Below are positions 58,815 to 64,000 of a DNA stretch of 64,000 nt, piece after piece. The translations under genes and the position numbers were made by a program. Source of the DNA: the human T2T-CHM13v2.0 reference genome, Homo sapiens. How positions within the stretch are numbered: position 1 is the stretch's first letter; every line of letters begins with the position of its first letter. The notes under the pieces are model-generated. The model was given only the letters and a program-made list of their open reading frames with translations. It had not been told where the DNA came from and searched no databases. The stretch lies in NCBI RefSeq assembly GCF_009914755.1, contig NC_060927.1; one strand, 5' to 3'.

Positions 58815-61032
58815 CCCCTCCTTCCTCCATTTCCTCTATCCTTCCCCATATTATTCCTTATTTTACCTTCATCTTTCCTGCCTCCTTTTTTATTCCATCT
58901 GCTTAATTTAATAATGATTTCTTAAATGACTTTCCTGTTTATTTCAGGTCTATTAATACTAAGAAAACCATCTGGATTAACTGCTAGTTAAAAATGACTG
59001 GGAGAGAGAATTGCTTAGTTACTGGAGGTTTGAGGAAAATTTTGAGTACCTACTTTTTAGGTTGTTATAGAACATAAAATCATGTTCATAAAGCATGTGT
59101 TTGGCATATAGAAATTGCTCCATAAAAGTTAGTTTTATTATTTCCTTCTCTGACGCTCTCTTCATATTCAGTCAATAGAAGCAATAGTTTCTGATCACTC
59201 TTTTTCTCTAAACCATTGTGACAATCAAATTAGGTTATGTTTGGAGGAATATTTTGTTCCTATTATCATACTATCTGTCACGTGAGATAGGAAGCTTCAT
59301 TTTAATTTTTACCTTTTTCTCAGAGATTGACTTAGGCACTCTTAATCTTTATCCCTTAGTCATGTGGCTCCATAGAAAAATTTTACCTATAAAATTGACC
59401 ATGCTTTGCTTTCTATGCTTGAGAGAAAGCATTCATTGTATTTAAAGACTTTAGAGCTGCCGTTTGCAACTACTAAATATTCTTAGGGTGCCCCCTTCTG
59501 TTTCCTGACAGTAACAGTGTAGTTTATTTTTATTTTAGTCTGGGAAGTCTAATGCCGTTATTCTTTGTAGGAGATGTATTAAGGTGGGATAGTGTAGCAT
59601 CAACTCTGGCTGGCCAGGGAGCCTAAGGACAGGGGGTGACCGAAATGGTCTACACAGGGTTGTCAGACCACCACATCAATCATACTGCTCATTGTCTCTG
59701 GCAAATATCTTAATAGCCTTAGGTTTTTTTCTATAAATTCATAATATGGCAGGGAAGAAGAGTATTAGGATACCATTATTACATGTGAGAAAGCTGAGAC
59801 TAATTTTTTCCATTTATAGACCCTTCTAAGTGAGAATTCCTTGATTACTTAAACCATGGGTAGGTGAACATTTTACCCACATTTTTAAGGATCTTTTGAT
59901 TATAAGCAACTGAAAACAACTAGACTTCACTTGAGCAAAATAAAGGAAATTATTACAAAGCACAGGGGTTCCTCACAGAACCCAAAGACCGTGGGCCTTG
60001 GGCAAACAATGGAATTTGGCACCATTTGCCATAAAGACTAATATTCCAATCCCTGCTATTTCTCACTCAGCTTTCCTCTGCCTGGCTGCTGTCTTCTTTT
60101 TCTGCTTTCAAGTTTTCTCCGGTGCCTCCAGTTCTAAGTCTGCAGGTCTGAGACCACTGGGGCCCACTCTTTTCATTTCAATTACAAATTCCTGGTAGAC
60201 AAAATCAGTTTGCCTTCCTTTGAGTTAGGTGTCAGGTCCTGAGCAGATATGGCCAGAGGTACAGGGTGATATAGCAGAAACATGGAGCTTACTCCTCAGA
60301 CAATTCCTGGAAAGACTTTCTGGACAGATGACCCAAAAATTGACACCTGAGCTACCTGAACAACTGCCTGTGAAAGCATATTTCTTCTGTGCTTTGAGGA
60401 AGAGCTTGTGAAGCTGAGAGCCCCGCTGCTCCATTTCAGGCTAGCTCTTGAAAAGGTAATGCTCTGATGGGTGGGGCCACTTAGGAGGGGGCCAGAGACA
60501 GGGGCAATTTTCATAGGCAGCAGCTACCGACTCATCAGTAGCTCCAGTATACCTGGAGACATAGTCCTAGAACCATCAGGAGAATAACAAACGGGCTCTT
60601 ATTCAAGTCTGGGAGGTTGTTGAAGGATTACTGACAACTTAAATAGAAAGAGCTATTTCTGTGGGTTTATCATTTTTCCCCAATGATAAGATATTATTAT
60701 TACAAAAGCAATGCATATTTGCACTTTTCTCAAATCCTATGGAAAAGTAACACAATACTAATTGAAGCCCTTCCTAATTTCTATCCCATTGCAAGAGACA
60801 ACCACCAAACACTTACAAGTATATCATTCCAAAATAATTTCCCATGAGTATACCAAATTATAAGTTGGAATTTACCATGAATTATAGTACAAAACCTAAG
60901 GTGCAAGAAATATCACATTCCTTTATTTTTCTAACCCAATTCGGCCACTTGTCAGGGTTGATACAATATCTGGTCTTGGGTATTTTGATGTCATTCCTTG
61001 GAGGAGGTGGGGGGTAGGTGGGAAGGTGATAA

Positions 61033-61361
<329 letters not shown>

Positions 61362-62034
61362 GAGACTTTCTTTTTCTACCCTGAAATCATACAAAAATGT
61401 TTGGATTTATTTTGTCCAGGAGAAAGGGGAAGCATGCCTGGTTCCATCAGTGTACCTCTCCTTGTTGTGTCCTCTTGAGCTCCACCTTTTATGCCAAGCT
61501 TTGGCATGAGGCTCTTGAGGACTTCAAGCTCCATGATCTAGAACCAGTCTCCTTGGGACATAGATTTCTGTAGCTTTCCTCTTTCAGGATTTTGTAACAT
61601 GTGGATGGTTCAGAGGAGTGGGCTGCAGGTCCCTACCATTCCTATACCCATTCAATACCCAATTTGCCCAAACTCTGGAGAATTGACTTTCTTCCTCAAA
61701 TAAAGTCATTCCATATATCCATGTAAACCACTGTGACCACTATGCTCTTTATATGATAACTCACTCTTGCCCATAAGACCTCTTGAAGGAATAAGCTTTT
61801 TAATGAATTATAAAACCAGGTAATTGGACTACATAATCTAGCTCTACTCTAACTAAACTCACTTCTCTATATGATGGGCATTTAATAATTTGTAATTTTT
61901 TGAATGCCCTGAGCAGCATATAAATGATTACTTAAATGTATAGTTTTGTGTTAATTATATTAATCTCAACCATTTCTGAAACTCCCCTATGATCCAGACA
62001 CTATGTTAAGTTCTTAACTTTCATTTACTAATGA

Positions 62035-62420
<386 letters not shown>

Positions 62421-62425
62421 GCTTT

Positions 62426-62779
<354 letters not shown>

Positions 62780-63739
62780 TAAAGGTGAAATTAATTTTTA
62801 AAATATTTTAACTCAATATAACCAAAAGATTAGCATTTCAATATGAAAATCAATATAAAATTGAGATATTTTACATTGTTTGTGCCAAGTCTTCAAAATA
62901 CAGTTTGTATTTTTTCCATTTACAGCACCTCTCAATCTGGACTAGCCACTGTTGAGGATGAAAACATGCCTTCAGGTAGTTCTGCCTCATGGCTAGGCCG
63001 GGGGCATTTTTCAGTCTTTGATTTTGCTTCTGTATGGAGTAGGAGAAAGAAGATGATTGCCTGGGAATTCTAGAAGGAGAATGGAATATATAAAAAGCAT
63101 GGACTAAGGTGCTGAGATATAATATTACCTCTCCACCTCAAATTGATGTCTGTTACTTAACACTAAGTCTTAATTAGTACATTTTTCATTGAGTGGCCTT
63201 GGGAATTCATCTTTCTTGTAAACCTGATCCTTAACTCTGCTCTTATTTTCTTCCTGTGATTTATTCTGGCAAAGAAGCTGATCTTTGGCAACAATTGCTG
63301 AGTCTAAGGCCTGGCAGGGTCCTAGAAATGTTTGCAATTGTGGAGCATTGGTTTCTCCTGCCAGTGCTTTTGAAATACAAAGACTAAGAGAAGTCTCAAG
63401 GAGGAAAGTGCCCAGAAACCAGGGCAGCATCTGAACTGCATCACTCACCTGTTGAGGCTGGGAAGAAGCTGTGACATGGAGACAAGAAGTGCTCATTTGG
63501 GCCTGGGTGGGTAAGAGGGGAACTCAACGTGGAAGGTGAGAGAAAGTTGCTGTTTCAGGAGGGTATTGCTGCAGCTTTCAATGATGTTCATGGCTGTATG
63601 CTGAGGCCACATGGAGGCGATTAAGGCCTGGTAGGCCAGCAACTCAATAAGGCCTCACTTAGCCAATGAGGTTGCCTCAGATAGGGACCTCAGCTCTTTA
63701 AAGCTGCATTCCTTCAAGGAATTGTGTTGAGCCCAGAGG

Positions 63740-64000
63740 CATTATTTTTACTGAAATATAATTTATATACAGTGAAGTTCATTTTAGTATACAGTTCTAT
63801 GGTGTTCTATATGTAACACCTCCTCCCAAATTCTCATGCCCCTTTATGGACAATCTCCTACTCCCACTCCTGATCCTTGGAAATCACCAATCAATTTTCT
63901 ATCCCTGCAGCTTTGCCTATTCCAGAAAGTTCTATGAATGGATTCGTAGAGTGTGCAGCCTTTTGACTCAAGGCATTTTTCACACAGCCTAATGCTTTTA
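63740..64000 (-). mobile_element. Old L1M (L1MD/ME-like) 3' end running off the window
   Basis: TTTACTGAAATATAATTTATATACAG..TTTGCCTATTCCAGAA..TATGAATGGA. Confidence 0.6.

Noticed and set aside
63170-63496. 108-aa minus-strand ORF as a gene
   Set aside because: No recognisable domain, and it reads through a consensus splice donor
63502-63511. Minus-strand CCCACCCAGG matching the end of the transduction tag at 21515-21524
   Set aside because: Only 10 nt match, the upstream bases differ and no L1 is adjacent; compatible with chance

Overview
Human/great-ape (hominid) non-coding DNA, intronic or intergenic, made mostly of transposable elements. I recognise no host protein-coding gene, RNA gene, CpG-island promoter outside L1, or prokaryote-type system, and the long ORFs are all LINE-1. 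The main elements are a full-length young L1 (1936-7971, L1PA2/early-L1HS type; ORF1 and ORF2 broken, antisense ORF0 open) and a 5'-truncated near-identical sister L1 13.5 kb downstream (18744-21550). Around them are older L1PA/L1M pieces, a HAL1 relic, about 10 Alus, MaLR/ERVL/ERV1 solo LTRs, hAT and Tc1/mariner MITEs, L2/MIR fragments and microsatellites. I found no evidence for a new biological system. The best leads are insertion and repair scars readable in the sequence: two L1s sharing unusual substitutions, three 3' transductions, two twin-primed inversions, a poly(A)-only insertion, fold-back/templated insertions, a ~470-bp duplication around an end-truncated LTR, and a perfect ERE inside a 23-bp palindrome. 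Subfamily names come from recalled consensus sequences, not a database search, and boundaries of old repeats are approximate.
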